From a virus (taxonomy: Duplodnaviria; Heunggongvirae; Uroviricota; Caudoviricetes): DNA of 8,820 nt. The DNA is taken from IMG/VR virus record IMGVR_UViG_2778261688_000006; one strand, given 5' to 3'. The translations under genes were made by a program, and so were the position numbers. The notes below the pieces were generated by a model that had not been told where the DNA came from, did no database searches, and was given only the letters and a program-made list of their open reading frames with translations. Positions 1 to 6,882 of the stretch are shown here, one piece after another. The first letter of the stretch is position 1. Each line of letters opens with the position of its first letter.

Positions 1-318
1 AACGAATGAGTAAAGAGCGCCGCGCGTTGTTTCCGGTATATCGACTTTGATGTACGGGTTAATTTGTCTGGCGACAGTGGCAAGGTCTTTATTCAAGAGT
101 GCTTTGCATTCTGCTTTGGTATACGTTTTACCGAGCATGATGTCTTTTCCGGTGTGTCCGTGACATACAGTCCATACGCCAACGATATCTTTGTATGGTA
201 CGTAGCTGACACCTTCCAGACCATCGTTACCACTTGGGCCAGTAATTAACACTGATGCTATAGCAATTGCTCCGCCACCAATAGCAGCAGCAACGGCTTT
301 TCGTAATGATGGAGGCAT
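1..318 (-). CDS. rrrD: SAR endolysin (phage 21 R21 / DLP12 RrrD-like lysozyme), partial: N-terminal 106 codons, C-terminus lies beyond the window start
   Basis: Reverse-strand translation from ATG at 318..316 gives [64 protein letters not shown]..., i.e. a Gly/Ala-rich signal-anchor-release helix followed by a T4-lysozyme-like E..D..T catalytic region. The ATG overlaps the pinholin stop (TAATG). Not in the ORF track because it runs off the window. Confidence 0.88.
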   Translation of the reverse strand, partial: MPPSLRKAVAAAIGGGAIAIASVLITGPSGNDGLEGVSYVPYKDIVGVWTVCHGHTGKDIMLGKTYTKAECKALLNKDLATVARQINPYIKVDIPETTRGALYSFV

Positions 319-533
319 TATTCACCTCTCGCAGCCTTGCGCTTATCTTCTTTAATCTTGAAATAAAGGTTTGTCAGGTACGTCAGCAGGCCAAATACCA
401 GGCTACCCAGCACACCTATTGCTGCCCACTGTGAGGGCGTGACTTTATCGAGCAGCTGTAAAAACCAGTAACCGGCACTACCTGCTGAGGTGCCATAGGC
501 GACACCCGTTGTTAACTTATCCATGGATTTCAT
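318..533 (-). CDS. essD: Class II holin / pinholin (phage 21 S21, DLP12 EssD-like), 71 aa, with dual-start motif MKSMDK
   Basis: The ORF-track 318..578 frame contains [71 protein letters not shown]: two TM helices and a charged C-terminus. I chose ATG at 533 (the track's upstream extension is probably not translated); GAGGTGG Shine-Dalgarno lies upstream; a second in-frame ATG at 524 fits the holin/antiholin dual start. Confidence 0.88.
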
Positions 534-661
534 AACCCCACCTCGCAGACAAAGCGGGTGTAAATTGAGGGAATACAACGTATCGCAAAAAAGCAGAAAC
601 GTAACAGACTCGGAGTCAGTGAATAACTCAGGTATTGGGTTATCAGCTAATATCGAGACTC

Positions 662-694
662 AAAAAATGGAAAAACCCGCTCGACGGCGGGTTT
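662..694 (-). terminator. Candidate intrinsic terminator oriented on the minus strand, about 130 nt upstream of the pinholin start
   Basis: 8-bp GC-rich stem AAACCCGC (673-680) / GCGGGTTT (687-694) with loop TCGACG; on the minus strand the stem is followed by TTCCATTTTTT (reverse complement of 662-672). The plus-strand tail is weaker (TTTAAG). Confidence 0.45.
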
Positions 695-1038
695 AAGCTG
701 TGTGACGAAGTAACCACTCTTAACAGCATAACCAATTTTTTACGTACGTAAACCACTAAATGATATTTGCGAGAATGCTACCGAGTATTGAAAACACCAC
801 TACAAATACATAAGCAAATCTCAACAAATAACCAACAAATAATTTCCAGCGTTATTTTTAGCTGGTTTAAATTGAATCTTCAAATTATAGAGCACTTATA
901 AATAACAGCCATTAATATAAATTGGCTAATAGATTTATTTTTATTCAGCCAAGAGCCATGAATAGGATTCGATAGAAAAAGTTCAGATAAAAATAGAGAT
1001 CTACTTCACAAATCAAATGAGAAACCAAAACTTACATC

Positions 1039-1067
1039 TTGAAATAATCACATTGATTAGATGAATA
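1039..1067 (+). promoter_or_regulatory. Candidate sigma70 promoter for the porin gene (weak)
   Basis: TTGAAA (1039-1044), 17-nt spacer, TGAATA (1062-1067), about 55 nt upstream of the porin ATG in an AT-rich region. Picked by eye only. Confidence 0.2.
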
Positions 1068-1120
1068 TTTATCGCGCAGTGACATCATTTTTTAATAATA
1101 GTTCAAAAAAAGGGCTCACG

Positions 1121-2203
1121 ATGAAAAAATTAACAGTGGCAATTTCTGCTGTAGCTGCATCAGTACTGATGGCGATGTCTGCTCAGGCAGCTGAAATTTA
1201 TAATAAAGACAGTAACAAGCTGGATCTGTACGGGAAAGTTAATGCTAAGCACTACTTCTCCTCTAATGATGCAGATGATGGTGATACTACTTATGCCCGT
1301 CTTGGCTTCAAAGGTGAAACCCAAATCAACGATCAACTGACTGGTTTCGGTCAGTGGGAATATGAATTCAAAGGCAACCGCGCTGAATCTCAAGGTTCCT
1401 CCAAAGATAAAACCCGTCTTGCCTTCGCTGGCCTGAAATTCGGTGACTACGGCTCCATCGATTATGGCCGTAACTACGGTGTAGCATACGATATTGGTGC
1501 ATGGACCGACGTTCTGCCAGAATTCGGTGGCGATACCTGGACCCAAACAGATGTATTCATGACTGGTCGCACCACAGGTGTTGCAACTTATCGTAACAAT
1601 GACTTCTTTGGTCTGGTTGATGGTCTGAACTTTGCTGCTCAGTATCAGGGTAAAAATGACCGCACTGACGTAACTGAAGCTAATGGTGATGGTTTCGGTT
1701 TCTCCACTACTTATGAGTATGAAGGATTCGGTGTAGGTGCAACCTATGCTAAATCTGACCGCACTAATAATCAGGTTATCTACGGTAACAACAGCCTGAA
1801 TGCATCTGGTCAAAATGCTGAAGTATGGGCAGCTGGTCTGAAATATGATGCGAACAACATCTATCTGGCCACCACCTATTCTGAAACCCAGAACATGACT
1901 GTTTTTGGTAATAACCATATTGCCAACAAAGCACAAAACTTCGAAGCTGTTGCACAATATCAGTTCGACTTCGGCCTGCGTCCATCCGTTGCTTACCTGC
2001 ATTCTAAAGGAAAAGACTTGGGTGTTTGGGGTGATCAGGACCTGGTTGAATATGTTGATGTAGGTGCAACCTATTACTTCAACAAAAATATGTCCACTTT
2101 TGTTGACTACAAAATCAACCTGATTGATAAGAGCGATTTCACGAAAGCATCTGGCGTTGCTACCGATGATATCGTTGCTGTAGGTATGGTTTACCAGTTC
2201 TAA
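1121..2203 (+). CDS. nmpC: OmpC/OmpF-family general porin (NmpC / Lc / OmpD-like), 360-aa precursor; prophage-encoded lysogenic-conversion moron
   Basis: ORF track 1061..2203; true start taken as ATG 1121 ([23 protein letters not shown]|AEIYNKD signal peptide with AQA-A cleavage site). Has the porin hallmarks of aromatic/Gly-rich beta-strands and a C-terminal ...VGMVYQF ending in Phe. It sits between Q and the lysis genes on the opposite strand, as nmpC does in DLP12 and lc in PA-2. Confidence 0.93.
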   Translation: MKKLTVAISAVAASVLMAMSAQAAEIYNKDSNKLDLYGKVNAKHYFSSNDADDGDTTYARLGFKGETQINDQLTGFGQWEYEFKGNRAESQGSSKDKTRLAFAGLKFGDYGSIDYGRNYGVAYDIGAWTDVLPEFGGDTWTQTDVFMTGRTTGVATYRNNDFFGLVDGLNFAAQYQGKNDRTDVTEANGDGFGFSTTYEYEGFGVGATYAKSDRTNNQVIYGNNSLNASGQNAEVWAAGLKYDANNIYLATTYSETQNMTVFGNNHIANKAQNFEAVAQYQFDFGLRPSVAYLHSKGKDLGVWGDQDLVEYVDVGATYYFNKNMSTFVDYKINLIDKSDFTKASGVATDDIVAVGMVYQF

Positions 2204-2227
2204 TTTGATTACTAAAAGATATGTTGT

Positions 2228-2298
2228 GGGAGGCTTTGCCTCCCCAACATATAAGTGGCTCCCTCAAGCCACTTCCTTTAGAAGCACAACCTTGCTTC
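2228..2298. repeat. Cluster of three short GC-rich hairpins between the porin stop and the Q stop
   Basis: GGGAGGC-TTT-GCCTCCC (2228-2244); AAGTGGCT-CCCTCA-AGCCACTT (2253-2274); GAAGCA-CAACCT-TGCTTC (2281-2298). None has a clean U-tract; possibly a structured leader RNA or terminator-like elements. Confidence 0.3.
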
Positions 2299-2340
2299 TA
2301 ACTATATAAACCTTCTGTTATATATTACCCTTTATTTTTG

Positions 2341-2366
2341 GGGGCGTTTCAACGCCCCATTTTTAA
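2341..2366 (+). terminator. Candidate rho-independent terminator for the porin transcript
   Basis: GGGGCG-TTTCAA-CGCCCC stem-loop (2341-2358) followed by ATTTTTAATAACTTTT on the plus strand; the minus-strand side is A-rich, so it is unidirectional. Confidence 0.5.
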
Positions 2367-2391
2367 TAACTTTTAGTAAATAATTGGCGTA

Positions 2392-2775
2392 TTAATTAGA
2401 GTTATTAACAACGATATCCATCTCTAACCGGATATCTAATGCCATTAACATCCCTTCAATTATGCCCTCAGCCTTTTGTAACCTTTTCCCGATATAACCA
2501 TCAGAGCAGCAATGCTTACCTGCCAGTGACATGAATGTCATACCGACTATATAATAATCTACTAATAAATCGTGCAAATCGCTGTTGTTCTTTTTCAGAC
2601 GGGCCATGCACCCGCAAATGATCATCGCGTCATCGTCACAACATTGCGGGCGAGATTTTACTTTTGAAGGAATTAATCCCTTAAAACCGGCGGCAATGGA
2701 CGACCAGGTCACATCTTCATGATTATTAGCCGCCCACGCTCCCCAACGCTCAAGAACCATCTGAATATCACGCAT
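2392..2775 (-). CDS. quuD: Late-gene antitermination protein Q (DLP12 QuuD-like / phage 21-82 type), 127 aa
   Basis: ORF track 2392..2790 starts at a TTG; I chose ATG at 2775 ([22 protein letters not shown]...), which is preceded by GGAG. Cys-rich region [16 protein letters not shown]...KHCCSDGY fits the Q-family zinc-binding fold. Gene order Q - porin - S - R matches DLP12. Confidence 0.88.
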   Translation of the reverse strand: MRDIQMVLERWGAWAANNHEDVTWSSIAAGFKGLIPSKVKSRPQCCDDDAMIICGCMARLKKNNSDLHDLLVDYYIVGMTFMSLAGKHCCSDGYIGKRLQKAEGIIEGMLMALDIRLEMDIVVNNSN

Positions 2776-2860
2776 CAACTTACTCCACAAAAATCAGACC
2801 AAAACGCCAATTACAAGCAAAAATCAACAAAACAGTATTAGTTGATTGTTATCTCTGACT

Positions 2861-2998
2861 TCATACTCCTGCTCCTGTCAGGGTTTTGGCGTAACTCTTC
2901 AGTATTCGGTAATCGGTCAAAACAGAACCGGGGAAACGATATAAGCGCAGGCGCACCCAGCGGCGGCGAAGACGTTCTGCCATATAAGACTCAAACAT
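2861..2998 (-). CDS. ylcG: Small basic ORF between rusA and Q (YlcG-like position), about 45 aa
   Basis: Frame [45 protein letters not shown]; its ATG overlaps the rusA stop (TGATG), suggesting translational coupling. An alternative start is ATG 2983 (40 aa). Too short for the ORF track; identity is from position and size only. Confidence 0.4.
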   Translation of the reverse strand: MFESYMAERLRRRWVRLRLYRFPGSVLTDYRILKSYAKTLTGAGV

Positions 2999-3360
2999 CA
3001 TTCATCTCCCAGTTCAGTGATGGTCAGTTCCAGCCTCCCACCTTTGGTAACAGGCATCTTCACAACGCGGTAATCAACGACCTGAGCATCATCCAGCCAG
3101 AAACCTGCTTTGGTGAGTGCGTCAAAAGCGGCCTTTTGCAGATTATCCAGGTCACGGCGACGGCGATCCGGCATGTGGCACTCAATGCGGATTTTCACAG
3201 GCATAGCCAGGCCGATATCCAGCATTGCGTTTTTAATGATTCGGGCGACGTTATCGCGGTATGCCTGCCCCTCTGCGCTGATGTGCGTGCGCCCGCGATT
3301 ATGGCGGTAATAGCGATTATTGCTCGGAGGCCAGGGTAATGTGATGCTGTAGGTATTCAC
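2998..3360 (-). CDS. rusA: Holliday-junction resolvase RusA, 120 aa
   Basis: [26 protein letters not shown]...[10 protein letters not shown]...[11 protein letters not shown] is recognisably RusA. The first codon is GTG (reverse complement of 3358-3360), preceded by a GAGGGGGG Shine-Dalgarno. Confidence 0.93.
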   Translation of the reverse strand: MNTYSITLPWPPSNNRYYRHNRGRTHISAEGQAYRDNVARIIKNAMLDIGLAMPVKIRIECHMPDRRRRDLDNLQKAAFDALTKAGFWLDDAQVVDYRVVKMPVTKGGRLELTITELGDE

Positions 3361-3380
3361 GCCTTAATAACCCCCCTCTT

Positions 3381-3575
3381 TCAGCCAGATAACCTGTGTT
3401 CTCGCCATACCTTCCAGCGCGCATTCTTTTGCATATGCAGCATCGACTTGCTTGGCATGCCCTTTACCGGCAATCTTCTGTATGCGCTAAACCTAGATAG
3501 AATCCACTCTGTGCACATTGAAGCCCGCTCTATGCTTCCTTTCAGGTATTGAAGGGATTGAGATGGGCTAAGCAT
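3381..3575 (-). CDS. Small nin-region ORF with a NinF-like N-terminus; possibly a frameshifted or chimeric pseudogene
   Basis: ORF track 64 aa, [19 protein letters not shown]...; the first ~19 residues resemble lambda NinF (from memory) but the expected CxxC...CxxC zinc ribbon is absent. An alternative frame over 3364-3486 encodes ...[27 protein letters not shown] with no start codon, ending 3 nt before rusA. Confidence 0.3.
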   Translation of the reverse strand: MLSPSQSLQYLKGSIERASMCTEWILSRFSAYRRLPVKGMPSKSMLHMQKNARWKVWREHRLSG

Positions 3576-3915
3576 TATTGGCCTCCTGCATCAGGAGAAA
3601 GACAATCATGGCGGCGCGGAGAGGTCTGGTATCAAATATTGGGCTTACGCCTTTTGCATCCACACACCATTCAGTTAACTGGTCTAAGATAGAAATCCTG
3701 TATTTCTCAATAATCGGCCATGAAGCGCTCGGATCATTGCAGTAGTCAGGCAAATGATTTAATGGCTCAAAAGTTGTATCAGCATTTCCGTAATACCATT
3801 TGTTGGTGTTATTCCCTGATGTTTCCGGTTTACTTGCCCAAAGGCCTTTAAAAATTATGTCTCCTACCATTCTGTTAATTTCAAAATCACTTAACTGTGA
3901 ATAATCCATTGTCAT
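3568..3915 (-). CDS. Hypothetical nin-region protein, 115 aa, function unknown
   Basis: ORF track 3568..3951; I chose ATG at 3915 ([24 protein letters not shown]...) because it overlaps the ninE stop as ATGA, implying coupling. No motif I can assign. Confidence 0.55.
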   Translation of the reverse strand: MTMDYSQLSDFEINRMVGDIIFKGLWASKPETSGNNTNKWYYGNADTTFEPLNHLPDYCNDPSASWPIIEKYRISILDQLTEWCVDAKGVSPIFDTRPLRAAMIVFLLMQEANNA

Positions 3916-4088
3916 TTCCTCGCACGATATCTTAGCCACCGGATATCCCACAGGTGAGCCGTGTAATTGAAGGTTTTTACGTCAGATTCTTTTGGGATTG
4001 GCTTGCGTTTATTTCTGGAGCGTTTCGTTGGAAGGTATTTGCAGTTTTCGCAGATGATGTCGGTGATACTTCGTCGCTGTCGTCTCAT
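3912..4088 (-). CDS. ninE: NinE-like protein, 58 aa
   Basis: [58 protein letters not shown] sits inside ORF-track 3912..4178; ATG 4088 is preceded by AGGAGG and overlaps the methyltransferase stop (ATGA). Confidence 0.8.
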   Translation of the reverse strand: MRRQRRSITDIICENCKYLPTKRSRNKRKPIPKESDVKTFNYTAHLWDIRWLRYRARK

Positions 4089-4612
4089 TCGTACCTCCTG
4101 ACGCCCTGCCCGATCGCCATCAATGCCGCTTTGGATACAGTAGTAAACATCCGTCGAGGACTGATGAACGGTCGCCAAATCAGCAGCATGGAGCCTTTGC
4201 TGTTTCCCTTCTTCTCCAGCCCCGTCGATGGTTCGATAAAATTAATCCGTCCATCAGTGATAATGCGAACTTCGTCGACACTCTCCAGAGCCTTGCTGAA
4301 CCATCCGACTGACATATCCTCTGGCACAAGCATCACTACCGTCTGTCGCTGTTGTATGCACTGCTCAGCGGCTTTTTCCACCCACGGCCTGATATTGCTG
4401 TACGGTGGGTTATTCCAGATTGCACCGTGGCTTACCCACTCAGAATTGAGCGCGTCGTCGGCCTCAGTTAGCCAGTGAGCACACAGAGCATTTTTGTCGC
4501 TCGCTGCCGAATCCAGCCAGAATCCAAACTCAATATCCAGTGCATCAAAAAGCCAAAGCGGCGTTTGCCAGCAGTCCTTGTCGTGTGCTGGCGTATTTGA
4601 TTTGATAGTCAT
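4085..4612 (-). CDS. Phage Dam-like DNA N6-adenine methyltransferase (orphan, no adjacent restriction enzyme), about 175 aa
   Basis: ORF track 4085..4672; likely start ATG 4612 ([38 protein letters not shown]...), which overlaps the ninB-fragment stop (ATGA). Contains the amino-methyltransferase catalytic motif NPPY ([11 protein letters not shown]). An alternative start is ATG 4630. Confidence 0.82.
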   Translation of the reverse strand: MTIKSNTPAHDKDCWQTPLWLFDALDIEFGFWLDSAASDKNALCAHWLTEADDALNSEWVSHGAIWNNPPYSNIRPWVEKAAEQCIQQRQTVVMLVPEDMSVGWFSKALESVDEVRIITDGRINFIEPSTGLEKKGNSKGSMLLIWRPFISPRRMFTTVSKAALMAIGQGVRRYE

Positions 4613-4731
4613 GCAGCCCGATCTCCCCATCTCGCTTTCCACTCCAGAGCCAGTCTCGCTTCGTCTGACCACTTAACGCCACGCTCTGTACCGAATGCCT
4701 GTATAAGCTCTAATAGCTCCGCAAATTCGCC
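4609..4731 (-). pseudogene. ninB: NinB 3' fragment (C-terminal ~40 codons only); 5' end removed at the junction
   Basis: Minus-strand frame ends ...[40 protein letters not shown], which I recognise as the lambda NinB C-terminus. Upstream of 4731 the same frame runs antisense through N with no NinB-like sequence, so the ORF-track 4609..4863 ORF is an artefact. Confidence 0.75.
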
Positions 4732-4957
4732 TAACCGCCCTATTCTCTCGCTGAATCGCAAACCGAAATCACGAGTAGAAAGCGCACTAAATCCGATAGA
4801 CCTTACAGTGCTGGCTGAATACCACAAACAGATTGAAAGCAACCTGCAACGTATTGAGCGCAAGAATCAGCGCACATGGTACAGCAAGCCTGGCGAACGC
4901 GGCATAACATGCAGTGGACGCCAGAAAATTAAGGGAAAATCGATTCCTCTTACCTAG
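4732..4957 (+). pseudogene. N: Antiterminator N, 3' fragment (about codons 34-107); no start codon, arginine-rich boxB-binding N-terminus missing
   Basis: Plus frame 4733..4957 translates NRPILSLNRKPKSRVESALNPIDLTVLAEYHKQIESNLQRIERKNQRTWYSKPGERGITCSGRQKIKGKSIPLT* (lambda N C-terminal part). Upstream in-frame sequence back to the TGA at 4598 has no ATG/GTG/TTG and no N-like residues. Confidence 0.85.
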
Positions 4958-5509
4958 TTACTTAGATATTGGCCTTGGCTTTATCTCAATATTATATGGA
5001 TCATAGCTGGCAACTAATTCAGTCCAGTAAATATCCTCAATAGGGAATAATATATGCTTCCCGTTCCATCGGGAAAAAGTTTTGTTCAACACACCAAGCT
5101 CAATCAACTCACTAATGTATGGGAATTGTTTTGATGTAACCACATACTTCCTGCCTTCATTAAGGGCTGCGCACAAAACCATAGATTGCTCTTCTGTAAG
5201 GTTTTGAATTACTGATCGCACTTTATCGTTTTGCATCTTAATGCGTTTTCTTAGCTTAAATCGCTTATATCTGGCGCTGGCAATAGCTGATAATCGATGC
5301 ACATTAATTGCTAGCGAAAATGCAAGAGCAAAGACGAAAACATGCCACACATGAGGAATACCGATTCTCTCATTAACATATTCAGGCCAGTTATCTGGGC
5401 TTAAAAGCAGAAGTCCAACCCAGATAACGATCATATACATGGTTCTCTCCAGAGGTTCATTACTGAACACTCGTCCGAGAATAACGAGTGGATCCATTTC
5501 TATACTCAT
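4958..5509 (-). CDS. sieB: Superinfection exclusion protein SieB, 183 aa
   Basis: ORF track 4958..5512 begins at a TTG; ATG at 5509. Hydrophobic N-terminal segments (MYMIVIWVGLLLL..., VFVFALAFSLAI) fit a membrane protein. Position and orientation match lambda sieB, antisense within the pL operon and convergent with N (adjacent stop codons). Confidence 0.88.
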   Translation of the reverse strand: MSIEMDPLVILGRVFSNEPLERTMYMIVIWVGLLLLSPDNWPEYVNERIGIPHVWHVFVFALAFSLAINVHRLSAIASARYKRFKLRKRIKMQNDKVRSVIQNLTEEQSMVLCAALNEGRKYVVTSKQFPYISELIELGVLNKTFSRWNGKHILFPIEDIYWTELVASYDPYNIEIKPRPISK

Positions 5510-5636
5510 CAAACTGTAGGGGTTGTAATAGTTTATCCGATTTCTCGCTGTAGGGGTACACGAGAACCACCGAGCCTGATGTGGTTAAAAGACAGGCACA
5601 ATCTTTACTACCGCAATCCACTATTTAAGGTGATAT

Positions 5637-5723
5637 ATGGAAGAAGAATTTGAAGAGTTCGAAGAGCATCCTCAGGATGTGATGGAACAATACCAGGACT
5701 ATCCGTATGACTACGACTATTGA
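5637..5723 (+). CDS. Lambda orf28-like small acidic ORF, 28 aa
   Basis: ATG 5637: MEEEFEEFEEHPQDVMEQYQDYPYDYDY*, overlapping the ral start. Position corresponds to lambda orf28. Too short for the ORF track. Confidence 0.4.
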   Translation: MEEEFEEFEEHPQDVMEQYQDYPYDYDY

Positions 5724-5907
5724 TAAAAATCAATGGTGTGGACAATTCAAGCGATGCAATGGATGCAAGCTGCAATCGGAATGCATGGTTAAGCCTGAAG
5801 AAATGTTTCCTGTAATGGAAGATGGGAAATATGTCGATAAATGGGCAATACGAACGACGGCAATGATTGCCAGAGAACTTGGTAAACAGAACAACAAAGC
5901 TGCCTGA
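5707..5907 (+). CDS. ral: Ral, restriction alleviation protein (modulates type I R-M), 66 aa
   Basis: MTTTIDKNQWCGQFKRCNGCKLQSECMVKPEEMFPVMEDGKYVDKWAIRTTAMIARELGKQNNKAA matches lambda Ral as I remember it. Confidence 0.93.
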   Translation: MTTTIDKNQWCGQFKRCNGCKLQSECMVKPEEMFPVMEDGKYVDKWAIRTTAMIARELGKQNNKAA

Positions 5908-5953
5908 TAGTGGCCTTTATTTTTGGCATAAATAACAGAATAAACACTGCACT

Positions 5954-5981
5954 GTGTATTCATTCCAACGAGTGAATACAC
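5954..5981. repeat. Perfect 9-bp inverted repeat with 10-nt spacer in the ral-ea10 intergenic region
   Basis: GTGTATTCA (5954-5962) ... TGAATACAC (5973-5981); no U-tract follows, so it looks more like a protein-binding palindrome or RNA-processing hairpin than a terminator. Confidence 0.4.
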
Positions 5982-6043
5982 GGAGCAATGTCGCTCGTAA
6001 CTAAACAGGGGCCGACTTGTTCTGATTATTGGAAATCTTCTTT

Positions 6044-6069
6044 GCCCTCCAGTGTGAGGGCGATTTTTT
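6044..6069 (+). terminator. Candidate rho-independent terminator inside the pL operon (tL2-like), just upstream of ea10
   Basis: GCCCTC-CAGTGT-GAGGGC stem-loop (6044-6061) followed by GATTTTTTA. Confidence 0.6.
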
Positions 6070-6089
6070 ATCTATGAGGATATGAATAG

Positions 6090-6458
6090 ATGTCAAACAT
6101 CAAAAAATACATCATTGATTACGACTGGAAAGCATCAATAGAAATTGAAATCGACCATGACGTAATGACAGAGGAAAAACTTCACCAGATTAATAATTTC
6201 TGGTCAGACTCTGAATACCGACTCAATAAACACGGCTCTGTATTAAATGCTGTATTAATCATGCTGGCGCAACATGCTCTGCTTATAGCAATTTCAAGCG
6301 ACTTAAATGCATATGGTGTTGTGTGTGAGTTCGACTGGAATGATGGAAATGGTCAGGAAGGATGGCCTCCAATGGATGGTAGCGAAGGAATAAGAATTAC
6401 CGATATCGATACATCAGGAATATTTGATCCAGATGATATGACTATCAAAGCCGCCTGA
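6090..6458 (+). CDS. ea10: Lambda early protein Ea10, 122 aa
   Basis: ORF track 6090..6458, MSNIKKYIIDYDWKASIEIEIDHDVMTEEK...; 183-bp spacing from ral, as in lambda. Confidence 0.88.
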   Translation: MSNIKKYIIDYDWKASIEIEIDHDVMTEEKLHQINNFWSDSEYRLNKHGSVLNAVLIMLAQHALLIAISSDLNAYGVVCEFDWNDGNGQEGWPPMDGSEGIRITDIDTSGIFDPDDMTIKAA

Positions 6459-6483
6459 GCGCGGCGTTACCGCATACCAATTA

Positions 6484-6504
6484 CGCTTCACTCGAGGCGT
6501 TTTT
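6484..6504 (+). terminator. Candidate hairpin plus U-tract upstream of cIII (terminator or cIII mRNA regulatory structure)
   Basis: CGCTTC-ACTC-GAGGCG (one G-U pair) followed by TTTTTCGTT, about 25 nt before the cIII Shine-Dalgarno (AAGGAG). Confidence 0.35.
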
Positions 6505-6530
6505 CGTTATGTATAAATAAGGAGCACACC

Positions 6531-6695
6531 ATGCAATATGCCATTGCAGGGTGGCCTGTTGCTGGCTGCCCTTCCGAATCTTTACTTGAACGAATCACCC
6601 GTAAATTACGTGACGGATGGAAACGCCTTATCGACATACTTAATCAGCCAGGAGTCCCAAAAAATGGATCAAACAATTATGGCTATCCAGACTAA
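6531..6695 (+). CDS. cIII: CIII, FtsH/HflB protease inhibitor stabilising CII, 54 aa
   Basis: Hand translation from ATG 6531: [54 protein letters not shown]; AAGGAG Shine-Dalgarno upstream. Too short for the ORF track. Confidence 0.9.
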   Translation: MQYAIAGWPVAGCPSESLLERITRKLRDGWKRLIDILNQPGVPKNGSNNYGYPD

Positions 6696-6807
6696 ATTCA
6701 CTATCGCCACTTTTATTGGCGATGAAAAGATGTTTCGTGAGGCCGTCGACGCTTATAAAAAATGGATATTAATACTGAAACTGAGATCAAGCAAAAGCAT
6801 TCACTAA
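6664..6807 (+). CDS. kil: Kil, host cell-division (FtsZ) inhibitor, 47 aa
   Basis: C-terminal 47 codons of ORF-track 6538..6807: [47 protein letters not shown]. The upstream part of that ORF is an out-of-frame overlap with cIII and is not counted. Confidence 0.88.
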   Translation: MDQTIMAIQTKFTIATFIGDEKMFREAVDAYKKWILILKLRSSKSIH

Positions 6808-6882
6808 CCCCCTTTCCTGTTTTCCTAATCAGCTTGGCATTTCGCGGGCGATATTTTCACAGCCATTTTCAGGAGTTCAGCC

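Noticed and set aside
64-249. 61-aa plus-strand ORF
   Set aside because: Lies entirely antisense within the SAR endolysin coding region, which has a strong protein-level match; no ribosome-binding site; judged to be an antisense artefact.
1160-2002. 280-aa and 69-aa minus-strand ORFs inside the porin gene
   Set aside because: Antisense to a clearly genuine porin CDS; the translations are low-complexity and Cys/Ile-rich with no recognisable domain.
2204-2391. REP/BIME-type extragenic palindromes as the explanation for the hairpin cluster
   Set aside because: The stems do not resemble the REP consensus as I recall it, and the context is prophage-internal, not chromosomal intergenic.
2842-3339. 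165-aa and 66-aa plus-strand ORFs (2842..3339 and 3110..3310)
   Set aside because: Antisense to rusA and the YlcG-like ORF; rusA identity is unambiguous.
3954-4676. 174-aa and 60-aa plus-strand ORFs (3954..4478 and 4494..4676)
   Set aside because: Antisense to the ninE and methyltransferase genes, which carry recognisable motifs (NPPY) and coupled start/stop overlaps.
4609-4863. 84-aa minus-strand ORF as a single gene
   Set aside because: Only the last ~40 codons are NinB-like; the first ~44 codons are simply the antisense of the N fragment. Treated as a truncated ninB pseudogene ending at the junction.
5730-5981. 83-aa minus-strand ORF
   Set aside because: Antisense to ral, with no supporting features.
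6538-6663. N-terminal extension of the kil ORF (MPLQGGLLLAALPNLYL...)
   Set aside because: This is the +1 frame of cIII read without a stop; the genuine genes are cIII (6531-6695, frame 0) and kil (6664-6807).
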